DNA of 62,580 bases, filler included, from Collodictyon triciliatum (lineage: Eukaryota): NCBI GenBank assembly GCA_043381765.1. It is 9 parts of 9 records of this genome, joined end to end, with 100 filler letters (N's around TTAATTAATTAA, not from the genome) between each part and the next. Parts side by side here need not be neighbours in the genome. Positions count along the whole stretch, not along the records: positions 38,053 to 45,571 come from JBHJMP010003855.1; positions 45,672 to 53,190 come from JBHJMP010003856.1; 7 more parts are not named here. The stretch is one strand, 5' to 3'. Positions 38,053 to 51,300 of the stretch are shown here, piece after piece. The notes beneath the pieces were generated by a model, which was not told where the DNA came from, made no database searches, and worked only from the letters and a program-made list of their open reading frames with translations. A program made the translations under genes and the position numbers. The number at the start of each line of letters is the position of its first letter. Position 1 is the first letter of the stretch.

Positions 38053-41000
38053 GGAGATGGCGATTCCTCTTGGCCCGTGAAGAGCCTTTGGGATGATGAG
38101 TCCGGTGTGGTGGGAGGAAATATGGCTGAGGTCTTTGCTAAAAATGTGAACTTTTTGCAGATCTTCATCTGTCACATAGATGTTACCGTTCCGTGGATGC
38201 ACGCAAACCGCCCACGGACACTCGATTAGAGCACCACCAGTCGACGAGTCAACCGAGGCGCTGGGGGCTTTGATGCATTTGAAATGGGTGCTAATGGAAT
38301 GAAGCGCCTTTGCCTTTGTCCTGGCCTCTTCTGTCGTTGCTCCTTCCACTGCTATCTCCGCCGTTTTCAGGCCATACGCGAATGTCTCGTTCAGCTTCTT
38401 GAGGTCGTCCAGGATGGTTTGTGGCAGTCTCGAGACGATGCTAAGTGGGACGATTTCGATGGGCGCATCGTATTTGGAATAAAGGACTTGGTTGGCGAAG
38501 CGCAGTGCGTTGCCCATCTGGACTATGGAGCGCTCGCCTTCAGGCTTTTCACTCAGCTTGCGCAGGGTTTGCTTAGCGATGTGGATTCGGCGCATTTCGT
38601 TCATTAGGCTGCTCTGCGAGTGCCTCAGCGGAACAAGGATGGACTCGTTCAATGCATCGAGCTGGGTTATATTGAGGTATTAATTTCCTTGTGAAAAAGG
38701 TCATAATTTTTTCTTATTTAAAAAAACCCTGGAAAACGCGAGAAAGTTGAGCTCACCTCCTTCTTCGACTCAGCCTTGAACTGGCCGACTTGTGCTTCAA
38801 GTTCTTTGATGAATGCATCGAGTTCGTTGCCTCTCTTCTGGTGAAGCTCGGCTTCCTATATGGGTAAGTTTGTTATTGTGATGTCTATTTTGGCAAACTC
38901 GAGTTTCATTAAAGTTTATACATTGGAATGAAACGATTTGGCTATCTAACCTTTCTCATCTTCAGCTGGATTGATGCAATATTCGGTGCAAGTTTGTTCT
39001 CTGACTTGCGGAGCTCTCGGATTTTGGTGGCTAGGATAGAATCAGCGTCGAATCCTTGTTGTGAAAGCTCTATGTGTTCGTCTTGATGTCTCCGGTCTTC
39101 CAGTGCACATTTGGCACACTTCAATGGAGACTCAGGGCAGGATGGGCAGAAATACTCAATTGGGATATTTTTGTGAATCGAGCAGTTTTCCGTTTTCTTT
39201 GCACCTGGTAAGGCTCCGAACACGATTTCACTAAATAAAGGTATGTGAGAGTGCGCATTAACATATCATAAGTACTAAATTGTTTGAATTGGATACAACT
39301 AGGAAAACTAAACAATTACCTTATGACGTGTTTTTTGCTCATAACTTCAACGTGCATGTCAGAATGCTTTTTACAATAGACACATTCTTCCACGCATATA
39401 GTACAGTAATGAGTAGCTTTGCTTTCACAGTTCATTCCTCTGCACTTAATCACTACAACACTAGCTGTGATGTTCCCAGCCTCAAGGCCGGGGTTCATAC
39501 CTCCCAGAGAGGCCGCATCATAGTCATACGCCTTTAACTCACCAACGGTGTTCTCATCCACGTAGGCTGGCTCGGCGCATAGCGGGCAGCGAAGCGGTGG
39601 CTCCTCGTTTGAGTTGGTGATTGTTGTCTTGATGCAACCGGAGCAAAAAATGTGTTGGCATGGCAGGAGACTCGGGTTGTTGTACTGGCCGACACAGATG
39701 CCGCAGAGGCATCCGCTGAGACAGGCATTGATTTCGGCTTTGGAAACATTCGCCTCCAGCTCGCTCTGAAATTTAGCCAGTTAGTATTTGTCATTCTCTC
39801 CTTCTAAAGTGGGCTTCAGATAGAGAAAAAAAAAAGAATGATTACCGGTGTATCTACGGTGTTTGTCTGAGATTCTTCGTCTTCATCTTGCTGTGCTGGC
39901 TTTTCCTTTTTGGCCAGTTTGTGTCTTCTCTTTTGTTGATCTAAAATGTTCAAGATTAAACAACTGAGGAAAAAGAGTATATTTCATACTGATGAACAAT
40001 ATTACACCTTTGTGCGATGCATTCCCACAACATCCTGGGCTGAGCTCTTTGGCATGTGTCTTTTCAATGAAGAAATCTCCATTTGTACTACTGACCTTGA
40101 ATGCACTGTTACAAAGGCTTCAGTAAGAGTATTATGCTTCCACATATAACATTATTGATTGATAATTGAATGAATCTTAGATGGTTGCTTACTCCCCTGT
40201 GACGGGCGCCTGCAAGGCGAAGACCTCTCCCTCAGCGAACGGTCTGTAATATGCCTTTGTTTGGTCTATGCTGTAATTGTTAGCACAAATACACACCATA
40301 TATTTTCGAAGCTGCATTTATATTTTAACCTGGGTGGGCAGTCTTCAGGGCCTGAACGAAATGAATCTATTATTCATTTTAATTAGATTCCTGACGGATT
40401 GTGATTCATGTTTGTTAATTGGTAATTTATTTGACCTCTCTTTCTAGCTGGAAGTTTTGTTTGACTTGTTCGGCAATGTGAACGTCTTCGGCTTTTCGAA
40501 CCTCTACTGCCTTACGTGCCACTTCAACTTTACGAGCTTCTTCGGCTTTTCGTGCCACTTCAACTTTGCGAGCTTCTTCAGCTTTACGTGCCACTTCAAC
40601 TTTACGAGCTTCTTCAGCTTTTCGAGCTTCTTCAGCTTTACGAGCTTCTTCAACTTTACGAGCTTCTTCGGCTTTTCGTGCCACTTCAACTTTTCGAGCT
40701 TCTTCGGCTTTTCGAGCTTCTTCAGCTTTACGAGCTTCTTCGGCTTTTCGAGCTTCTTCAGCTTTACGAGCTTCTTCAGCTTTTCGAGCTTCTTCAGCTT
40801 TACGAGCTTCTTCAGCTTTTCGAGCTTCTTCAGCTTTACGAGCTTCTTCAGCTTTTCGAGCTTCTTCAGCTTTTCGAGCTTCTTCAGCTTTACGAGCTTC
40901 TTCAGCTTTTCGAGCTTCTTCAGCTTTTCGAGCTTCTTCAGCTTTTCGAGCTTCTTCAGCTTTTCGAGCTTCTTCAGCTTTTCGAGCTTCTTCAGCTTTA

Positions 41001-41586
41001 CGAGCTTCTTCAGCTGCAGGGTCAACCTAGGATTTTTGTTTGTTATGTCCCATGTTGTGTCAGTAGGAAGGGCTGGGGAGAATATGTGCTTACGGTGTCG
41101 TACAGTTGCAGAGCGCGGATGAATTTATAGTCTCTATGAGCTGAGTAATTCCAGCACGGAAGATTTGAAATGCCACGCGGTGCTCTCTTGACGGTTTGTG
41201 TGTGAATCGATTTAATCCAGAGATCCTTCAGATTTGTGAGCGCTGTGATTTGTGCTGGAAGCTCCTCCATCTGCACGAATCTTTGTCAGTCACTTTCTCT
41301 ATTTAGACATAAATGGAAATAGATTGTATGAATGAAAACATACCGGGTTGACATAAACACGAAGATCTGTAAGACCAGTCAAACACGATATTTGTGGAGG
41401 CAGCGATGACAGCTGATTGTTTTCAACATCGAGACGTTTCAGACCAGTTAACAAAAAAACTCCATGCGGCACAGATTTCAGTTTCTTAGATCTTAGATTC
41501 AGACTCGTGGAGCCTTTTAAAGTGGCAATATCGGGTTCTCCGGTGATTTTCCGGAGCTCCTCCAAAAGCGCAGCCTCGTCGGCCAT
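38053..41586 (-). CDS. LRR - (AEEARK)n - SH3-like - RING - two B-boxes - coiled coil - NHL protein (TRIM-NHL-like E3), 3' truncated
   Basis: LRR LTGLKRLDVENNQLSSLPPQI; RING CGIC...LPCQHIFCSGC...CPLC; B-boxes CRGMNC..ATHYCTIC..YCKKHSDMH and CSIH..IEYFCPSC..CAKC..H..H; NHL PWAVCVHPRNGNIYVTD, GPRGIAIS. Exon phases permit a single ORF from the LRR to the RING. Confidence 0.8.
40480..41015 (-). repeat. Coding 18-bp tandem repeat (AEEARK/VEVARK), roughly 29 units
   Basis: Direct reading. It produces the spurious ORFs in other frames. Confidence 0.95.
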
Positions 41587-44500
41587 TGTGACAGGGTGGG
41601 ACGGGGGCGGTTTGGACAAGTTCTGGAGGCTGTCTGGAGAAAGGAACTGGACTGTGTGTCAGTAAGTTGCATAGGGTTTATTTGATTTGTGGGTGCGCTT
41701 GACAATTAATACAGGATGGGCGTTGCTTGGGTGAGAGCGGTGCGGTTGTGCGTATAGGGAACAGAACGTACATTGCGAAGGAGATGCGTGTTATACTAGA
41801 GAATAGAAAACTGAGTGCAGGGCGGCTGCGATTTCAAAGGGACGGAGCTTAAATATCCCGCAAAGGCCGGCGCGTTTTTCTGGGGTAGGCGCCTCGCGCA
41901 GAACTTGTGTGCTTGTGATTCCATGGAAATTCACCTGTTCGGGGTTGGCCACAGACAAGGTTGACCTCTTGCATCGAAAGTCTTGGGAACAGCCGGGTTC
42001 TTGTCCGCGTGTGTAACCGGGTGTCACCGAGAGACCTGCGAATTGGCATATGGGTCTGGGAATACTGCGGCTGGTTGAAACGAGTCGCGTTGGAGCGGAG
42101 GAGGTTGCCGCATGCGTTGGTGGGTTTCCTGAATCGCCTGCGTGGATGCGTCTCTTTGCGCTGAGTCCGGCGTCGCTGCGGTTGCGAGAGTGGCGGAAAT
42201 TCTGCAATCAGAAACTGTGGATAATGCACATTAGAAAATGGATTGTCGAGACTTTGCTATGGATTCTTTGGTGATTGAAAAAAGGCTGAAAAAAAAATGC
42301 TCGAGTGTTTCGAATTGTTGTAATGGTAAATGGAGAAAATAAGCGGTTCTCCTAATGATAAAAAAAAAAAAAAATGTTTGTGTTAATGGGATACGCACCT
42401 GAAGTCCTCTTCGCGTCTGCACACGAACGGGAATATGTTTGTGTCTCGTGTCCGTAATTCGACTTTGTTGCTCAGTAAACGGGGAATTGAGCTTCGAATG
42501 TTCCCCATATCTGACACATACCGCACCTATTTTCATAAGAGAATTTTTAATTTTTATGCTTTATGCAGGCATAAACTTCCTATATGAATTATAACACAAA
42601 CATCGACTGAGTGTATGTAGGTACAAAACAAAGTGCCCGAAGCGAAGCGGACTCTCGGTTTTCGTGTTCCTACACAATGCAGAGCCTTTGTGGTTTTCGG
42701 GCCTCATGCATGCCTTGTGTGCTCGTGCGGGTGGTTGCGTGTTGCAGACGACATTCGTAGGTTGACTCGACTCTACCGGTTGGCGACCGGCCAGCTGCGG
42801 CAAAAAAAAATAAAAAAAAAAAAATAAGGGTTGCGCGTGCGAGGCGAGCGGTTGCCGAAGCCGCCCGCCTTGAAAGGAACGAAAAAAATGGGTGCGAAAC
42901 TTGAATAAACGGATAACCCTGATCACATGGGCTTGGCGTTGCCGAGGCTTACATACAGCTTCATCCCGACTCTTTATGTACAAAGGCGTTGCCCGAATGA
43001 GGAGCCGTTTACCCGTGAGTCCAGCAAGGGTTGCCTGGCAGTTGTGCCTGGAAGAAAGCCATCGGTAAGATTGGTTCTGATACATAGGTTGGATGTGCAC
43101 GATAAAAAAAAATATTTTTTTATTGACTCGACAGAAAAAACAGATCATACGTTGCATGTAAAATTGATGGAAAAAAGGAAGGAAAATTTTTATTATCCGC
43201 ATATATGAATTCGATGTGGAATGTAACTGTAAACAGATGATATAATCAGGAATAAGTATGTGTGATTGCAATAATAATCTTTGATTCGTTTAGTGTGAGT
43301 TTATTTTGCATCAGAATGCCAAATAATTAATATTCTACAAGGAGAGCGGATGATAGATGTAGACAAGATATTTGAGGGCAGAGTTGGCGTATGAGGGCGT
43401 GCTTGTTGGGTGCGTTGTTTCCCGCGATATACACTACCGTCAAAAGCCGTGCTGAAGCCTTAGGGCTGCTCCCCACCGAGTTGTGATATGGCACCGCGTA
43501 TAACCGTTGGAAAAACCTCACCAGTTTGCGTAGTGACTCCCATTAGTGGTTCAGTTCTCAGCAAGGACGGGTTCCAACTGTGAAGCGCTACAACCCTCGG
43601 CCATCCCAAGATTAGAAAGATATTCGCTGCGTGGAGCGCCGGAGCCATCTAATGAACTCCACAACGCCGCACCTACCCTTCTTATCTCGGCAAGGATAGC
43701 CTGCATAGATGAATCGAATATGATAGGAAGTTCTATTTGCCTAGTTGGCTTCCTAAAGAGGATTTATGTAGCACAAGAATTTGGGACACATTACGCAGAT
43801 GTGATTGCTATGTTTTTTTTTTCTCAATAAATGACTTACAGAAGGGTTTATGCCCCAGTTCGCAGGTCGCATGTGGATTATATTGTTATTAATTCATCGG
43901 TCGTCTCGGGAGATTTGTGTAGCGATATTAATAATATCTTGTGTAGACACTTCACGTTGCCTGCTGATGCGTAGTAGAGACTGATAATCTATTCGCCTTC
44001 CCACCATCAGGTTTCTCGAACAGCACTGTTTATGAAGGGGCTTTTTACTATCAAATAAATTGTTAAAGAGGAACTTTTTTTTTTAAAAAAAATTGCTGAA
44101 GAAAAAAATAATCAAAACGCTCGTAAGCCTTCAGATAACCCACTATGTTGGCATAAGTCGATACTATTTTTTTTTATTTTTCCACTTCATCTGTGGTGCT
44201 TCTTAAGTGAACAGGGCAAGATTGCGAATCTTCAGAGGGAACATATTCTTCATGGGCTGAAAAAGTTGTGTGACACATATTTCTCTGATTCTCTCATTTT
44301 TCTCTCTTCGTTATTGTTGTTAAACGTAATATACTATATCTGGGATATTTCTTTTATTTTCCAACTTTCTTTCTAAATGATTAACCATATCCTGTCGGAG
44401 TGAATACGATGACGAAGCCAATTTAAAAGTTTACAAGGTCAATGACGGCGGCTTTAAATGAGAGGATGGGGAAAGCGGCAAAGCTGTAAAGACGAGCTAA

Positions 44501-45283
44501 TCTTATTGAAGAAATCCCTATATTCAATCATATATTGTGAAACCTTAGAATGACAACAATGAATAATATGCATACAAGTCTTCACTGAATGACGCTGATC
44601 TTGATTGTGCGCTGAAGTAGGTGTAATCATTTTTTTTAATTATGAGTGATAATACAAAGTATTTCAATATCAATTCTTATCTGTTCGACATTTCATGTTT
44701 GAACATTTGATGATTTTATTTGATATCTTGGATGTGATATTAATTTTATTCTGTTCATCGAGCATCGGGCAGAGCCTGTGGTTAAAAGACGCTAGTTTCA
44801 CACAATCGTTTCAAACATTTCACTTCAATATATCAATTAGGTAACATACATTACCTGATTGCTAAATCTTTTGACTTAAGCGGCATTTTTAGTGATTGAA
44901 ACAAGAATCCGGAAGATATCACTGTCCAAACCTACGTTTTGATAGCATCGTTGCAGCATAATTATGAGTGCGAACATACATTTTAACGTTCACCTATAAT
45001 GTATCGTAACAGAAACCGCTTCACAAGTATCGTCGTTTGTAAAAGGGAATATTTTAGAAGGGTAAGTGGATAAGCTTTCTGATGCCAAAATCCTCTCTCC
45101 CAACACGACAGAATGATATGCTTTTTCACCAAAAAAAACCTGCGTCCCATCACAAAATAAGAATAAAAAAGAAGAAAAACATAAAAGACCAAAGAAAAGA
45201 CAAGGGAGAAATGCTTCTTTACAGACACGGCCGTGGTGAAGCTTCTCTGCCATAAGAACCAGCTCCCTGCAAAGTTTACGGTC

Positions 45284-45571
45284 ATGGGTAAAAATTATCC
45301 AAAGCGCAATCCTCAAAGAGTGTCCGCCAGCCGCGAACAACGACAAGTAAAAGCCCCGCAAAAGATTACACCCGCCAAGCAGACAAGCAGCAACGGGGTC
45401 AAGGAAGCCAAGGCCATGCAACAACTAAGTCCCCAAGACACACAGCAGATACGCGCATACAGCGACAGCGATGATGACATGGAAGGAAATCTCGGTTCCT
45501 CTTCAGAATCCTCGCACTCGAGCCCTCCACCGCCAACACCGGACAAGCCCGCACATCGCAAGACCCAAGAG
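45284..45571 (+). CDS. N-terminal fragment of a hypothetical protein (truncated by contig end)
   Basis: MGKNYPKRNPQRVS...YSDSDDDMEG...SPPPPTPDK; GC-richer than the upstream DNA. Confidence 0.5.
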
Positions 45572-45918
45572 NNNNNNNNNNNNNNNNNNNNNNNNNNNNN
45601 NNNNNNNNNNNNNNNTTAATTAATTAANNNNNNNNNNNNNNNNNNNNNNNNNNNNNNNNNNNNNNNNNNNNCTCTTTTTTCTCTCTCTTTTTTCTCTCTC
45701 TTTTTTCTCTCTCTTTTTTCTCTCTCTTTTTTCTCTCTCTTTTTTCTCTCTCTTTTTTCTCTCTTTTTTTCTCTCTCTTTTTTTCTCTCTCTTTTTTTCT
45801 CTCTCTTTTTTCTCTCTCTTTTTTTCTCTCTTTTTTTCTCTCTCTTTTTTCATATGTCGGCTGACCCAACCTCCAACTCCACGCTGTCTTACCAAAGTTT
45901 CGCCTTACTAGCACCAAC

Positions 45919-47512
45919 ATGTACCTCTTCCACGTCGCCGTATTCCTGTGGAACAACATTCTGGAGTACGTCCACCGCTTCACCGTAGGGCGATCATACA
46001 CACCTCCACAAGCACAGAAACCTTTCAATCCGCTCACCTTCGCGATTCCTTTCCCAAGCAACTCTTCACAGGGGATAACCTCACCAAAATCCAAGGCCGC
46101 ATCCGAATTCCTCCAAATGCCACTGCAATAGTCACCGGTGGAAACTCTGGTATCGGCCTAGAAATCGTCCGTGAGCTTGTCCGTCAAAAGTACTTCGTTG
46201 TGATTGGTGGGCCTAGTTTCTATTATCAAGACCGTATGCTGTAATGCAATCACTGCACTCCGCTTCAAGATAAATGTATTATGAAAAGAAAAACTAATGC
46301 ATCTCTTTCTTTTGGTGACCGCTGAAATGCACTTACATCACTTGACAGCATGCCGCACGGAGTCCAAGGCGAAGGAAGCAATTGCCCTTGTCAAGAAGGA
46401 GACTCCCGATGCTAAGGTAGAGTTCATGCGTCTTGATCTCTCTTCCTTGGAGAGTGTCAGGCAGTTTGCTGCAGACTACACAAAGCGCAACTATCCGATT
46501 CATCTTTTGGTCAATAATGCCGGTGGGATGGTTCACGACCGTATTGTGACTGTCGATGGCTATGAGCAGATGTACCAAGCAAACTATCTGTCTCATTTCT
46601 TACTCAGCCATCTGCTTCTTTCTGTCATGAACAAGGTGACCATCTCTAATATATTCTTAGTGTGTTCATTCATGCATATATACGCACACTTTTTTATAGC
46701 TCCTATCTGAATGATAATGCGGACAAAGTGAATAACTCGCGTTACAATCATCACTCAACTGTGGATTCATTTATGTTTAATTGCAGTCTGGGCCCTCTCG
46801 CATCGTCAATGTTTCCTCTGTGGCTCATTATTACGGTACATCCCTACTTTACCTCTTCACCTTTCATTCACTCTGTCGGGAATTTTCGCATTCTCTGTGA
46901 ATATCAAAAACGTATGGGAATGCATATTAAGTCAATAACAAGCCACCACCTTGCTGTTATCTTTTATCTATATCCCCTTTGAACTATGACACGCTTTCTT
47001 CAGGCGTGTTGAATCTCAGCGACCTGTCTATGAAAAAGAAATGGAATGGAGGTCTTCAATACGGAAACACGTAAGATGATCATTTCAAAACATGTAAATC
47101 TTATAGAAGCAACCTTGCTATATTGCTTTTTTCTTCTTCTTTTCTATTCATTACTTGTATGTTTATGTTTTTGTTGTTGCTCGCGGATGGTAGGAAGCTA
47201 CACCAAGTCCTTTTCACCACTGAGTTCCAGCGGAGACTGGATGGTGCTGGATACAAGAATATCACAGTGACTGCGTGCCATCCTGGCTTTGTTTATACGG
47301 TTTGCCTTCAAATCATTGAAAGACGCAACATGAAATTGATTCTTAACAACACCATGGGAAAATCAATCTATAGCCATTCTACAACACCGTGTTTACCGGA
47401 CTTTTCAAGCCCATCACTCACTTTTTTGTTCGTCTCTTCAGCAAGACCCCATCGGAGGGTACAATACACATCCTTTTATTTTATTCCATTACTATCACAC
47501 CCTAACTCTCTA

Positions 47513-47591
<79 letters not shown>

Positions 47592-47864
47592 AATAGGTGC
47601 TCGGACTGAGCTCTATGCTTGCCTCACACCCGATGTCGCTTCAATCCGCGGGAAATACCTCGCTGGTAAGTTTACTTTTGACAGCACTTTCTTCTTTGCT
47701 CTGGAATGAGGCGTTCGGGCCGTTAACTCTTGAACAAAAATTACCCAGATACACTGGTTGTTCCTTACTCATCCACAGTGGGCGATTCCAAGGGCAGCCG
47801 CAAACTCTACGAACTCAGTGCGACGCACTCCCAACTTCCTCTTCCTTTGATGCTGGACGCCTGA
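45919..47864 (+). CDS. Short-chain dehydrogenase/reductase, RDH11/12/WWOX-like, ~9 exons
   Basis: TAIVTGGNSGIGLE, LDLSSLESVRQFA, LVNNAG, QANYLSHFLL, RIVNVSSVAH, catalytic YGNT|K, ACHPGFV. Confidence 0.92.
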
Positions 47865-48331
47865 ACCCATTTTCATCACACGAGAACATATCTATTAAAA
47901 AAAAAAAAAAAAAACTGGCCACATACGCGAAATCTTGAACCCTTCTAGTAAAAGAAAAAACTAGGAATTGAAGACCAAGAAGGAGGACTGCAATATATGA
48001 TCCAGATTAGGGTATTTATTTACCTAAAAAAATTATTTCCTCTTTTGTCCACATCATATTTACATACACCACAATATTCCCCAAAAGCCAGCGCCGAGAA
48101 TCAGAATCCGAGGCGGTGGAAAAAAAAACCAACATCCCGAAAACCGAAGACCAGGAAAAAAAGTCTAAAAGAAAGAAAGAAAAAGGAATAAAAGAAAAGA
48201 ACTTCAATTTTTCACTGCAACCACAAAATGCTGGAATCCGAAGAGACAAAAGACTGACATGAACTCGGGGGCATTTACCGGGCCAGACTGTTTTTTTTGG
48301 AGTAACCTGCTGTGTCCTTTCAGGCTGCCGA

Positions 48332-51300
48332 ATGGGACTTCACGCGTCGCACTTGAAGGCAGACTCTGCCACGTCGGATCCGTCTTTGATCGGCCCGTTT
48401 CCTGCAGACATGCGCATTCCGCGGGAGGAGCTCCAGCTGCTTGTCGGGAGTATGCCGCATCCGTTCCACGCGCATCGCTTCTGGGACGCTTTGTTTGCCT
48501 TTCCGGAAATCATTCTTCACGCAGACGGCGACCTTCTTGTCAAGTTTGCCTGTTCTCTCGCACGCGTCTTTGGTAAGCATCTCGAATCGAAAAACTTCCC
48601 AGTATGATATCCCACGTCGGTTGTGACCAAAAAGATCCGTCTTATTGGTCCGGACGGCGCATTCGATACGTGTCATTATTGCCACAAGAATGAACTTGCT
48701 ATCGATGCATATTGAATTGTCTTGCTGATTTATCATAGTGGCTTATTCTTGTTATTGTCATGGTCATATGATATTATAATGATCACTTTCACCTATTACT
48801 TTATTTCTAGTTGAAAATAACCTGGCAACACACAACCTGGCCACGTTTTCCCTGCACATCGCTCGCCGGATAGACAGTCTTCTCACCCCAGACTCTGGCG
48901 GAGATTTGCAACAGACATATGTATCTTTGGTCAATGCTCTGTTCTTTTTTAGGATTTTTCTGCAGCATTTGATCTCCCTTGTTCATCCATATGACTTGCG
49001 ACAACATTTTCCTCACATGGATGTGAGAATATCTAAAGATACACATGTTCTTTTCGCTGAAGTTGCCGACAAGTCTTCGAGAGATATCACCATTACTCCA
49101 GACATCATCCCAAATAGATTCTCTAATGAAGTTGTTGGGTCGTCGGCTAATTCTGAATCGCACTCCAAAGAAGATTTTCACACACACCAGACAGATCCGG
49201 AACTTAGAGAGATTGTAGTTGGTGAGGTTTTAATCGACGGTTTCTTGTAAATAGGATCTTTTAATTGTTTGAGATTGTCTAATTTGATATCCAATCCAAA
49301 TTTTGCAGACCCTGTCAATGAAGTTGTTCGTTCATTGATTAATTACTGTACAGCAATAGTAATATCAAGGTTTTAATTTCCTCTAAATTTTGCATAATTA
49401 TACTAGTATGTTTTGAACATGACATAATATCTACCTATTGATGGATTAAAAAAAACTTTTTTTTAAAAAAAAAAAGACCAGAAACATATCATCTGCAAAC
49501 AGAGGTTGTGTCTACTCTCATAGTAATGGGGTCTACTCAAATGTTTCAGCCAATGACGGCTGCTGCCAAGAATATATTTCTGGGCTGCATGATAAATCAT
49601 CCTCGGTCGGAATATCTAATTCCATCTCTCATGAAGCTTTACATCCAGAGGACAAAGTAATATCTTCGTTCCAATATCTGCTTCTTTTTTTTTCTTTACA
49701 CCAGAATCATGAATGCATAAAAATGACTTCTTTGTAATTTACTAAATTGGCGGTGGGAAAAAAAAGTGCACCTGCAGAGGATGAAGGATTCTTTCATAAA
49801 CTTTCTCACCTAACAAGTTTGTTTTTCTTTTCACCTTTATCCAACTTTTCGATTTGACTGATGCGATTAATTTTCAACCAAACGAATCTAACCACCTTCC
49901 CAATAAACTGGACTGTTTGGTATTTTAATCTGATCTATCGGCCTCATCTAATTTACCCTGTTGCTCGCCTTCGAGGGCTATTAGGCATATTGTTCTATCT
50001 TCCATTCCAGATATTTTCGTACTGGAGACCCAATGATGGTGGCCATTTAGATACTGCAGAAAATCAGGGGTTTGCGTCCTTTTCCACCAAAAAATGGTAT
50101 ACTCTGGAGGATAGATGCGGGTTATTGGTTGTGATACTCATCCATCAGCACATATCGACCGGAGAAGAAAATCTCTTTATGTCGAGCATTTCGAGACTCG
50201 CAGATGATTACGGAAATGTGAACGAGTATCCTGTAGATTTAGCATCATACAAGACTGTTTCGTATTCTCTCTTATATGATACCATCTCTAGGTAAGCGAA
50301 AAAATAGCATATTTGTGATTGAATTATCTGATCTGAATCATTTAGAAGTTTTTTTTTCTAATATTCGCTATCGGTGATTTAATTTTGGATTTTTTTATTA
50401 CTGTAATCCACACAAATAGTCGCCTAGATGACGACTTAACCGTGTTGATTCTTTACAATTTATTGTATCACAATTCTGATTTCCAGACCTATGTTCTTTC
50501 AAGAACCGATGTAGATACCATGGTTTGTCAGATAATGCATGCTTTTAATTAGCTATCGTTTTCATTGTTAATTAGTAGTTGAAAATCGACCTTGATAAAG
50601 TTACCCTTCATCGTAGGTTATTCCTATCCTAAGGCTTCTTTACATCAGCCGAGATACCCAACCTAACCGAGTGTACATGTTACTTGTCATTCTACTGATT
50701 CTTAGCCAAGATTCTACCTTTAACACAACCTTATTCACGACGGTAGGGCTTGCAATATGTAACGCACAAAATACTTTGAATCGAATAAAGGAAAAAAAAT
50801 GTAACGCACAAAATTAAAAATCATCCAATATACTTTGTTTCTGAAGAGAACTGATAACGTATTTATGCAGATGATACCAGCCATCCCTTGGGTAGTAGAA
50901 CAAATCATGACGAATACCTCAATAGGCTCATTAGTGGTGGTTGTTTTGGTTCGGGTTGTTCAGGAAAATTTAAAGAAAAAAAAGGTATTTACTCGACTAG
51001 GTACTCTATGTCACTTTCTTGGTAGGAACCAGGAACCAATATAATTTTAGAATCAAATAAAAGCATACAGCAACCACGCGAAAACTTAGATTCAATATCA
51101 GTAATTTTTTTTTATCGACTATTATGATTCATGTAGGATTTGTATCTACATTCCAACTGCCTCGCAATTTTGGCGAATATGTCATCCTCGTTTCAGGTTT
51201 TCACTTTGGGGATGTTGATTTGCTTTTTCTTCGTATGGTGATTGAGTAGCTATTTATCTGGAATAGTTGTTTTTTTAATTTCCTTCTTTTCTTTCTTTTT

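Noticed and set aside
40457-41130. Long overlapping ORFs in several frames (also 11623-12256 and 12884-13447)
   Set aside because: These are shadows of stop-free coding tandem repeats.
31881-41586. Apparent ubiquitin/ADP-ribose defence cluster (macro-PARP next to TRIM-NHL, plus E1 and NACHT in the window)
   Set aside because: The genes lie on different contigs separated by artificial linkers, so the adjacency is an artefact.
36611-43720. GAATCGAATA matches at 36611 and 43711
   Set aside because: They lack the CTTT/AAAGG stem, A-tail and TSD. One is inside coding sequence; these are chance matches.
41791-44500. ORFs and exon-like segments in the long spacer (e.g. 42561-43271, 42927-43208, 43340-43700)
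   Set aside because: No recognisable domain and frequent stops. It may be a decayed gene but this cannot be supported.
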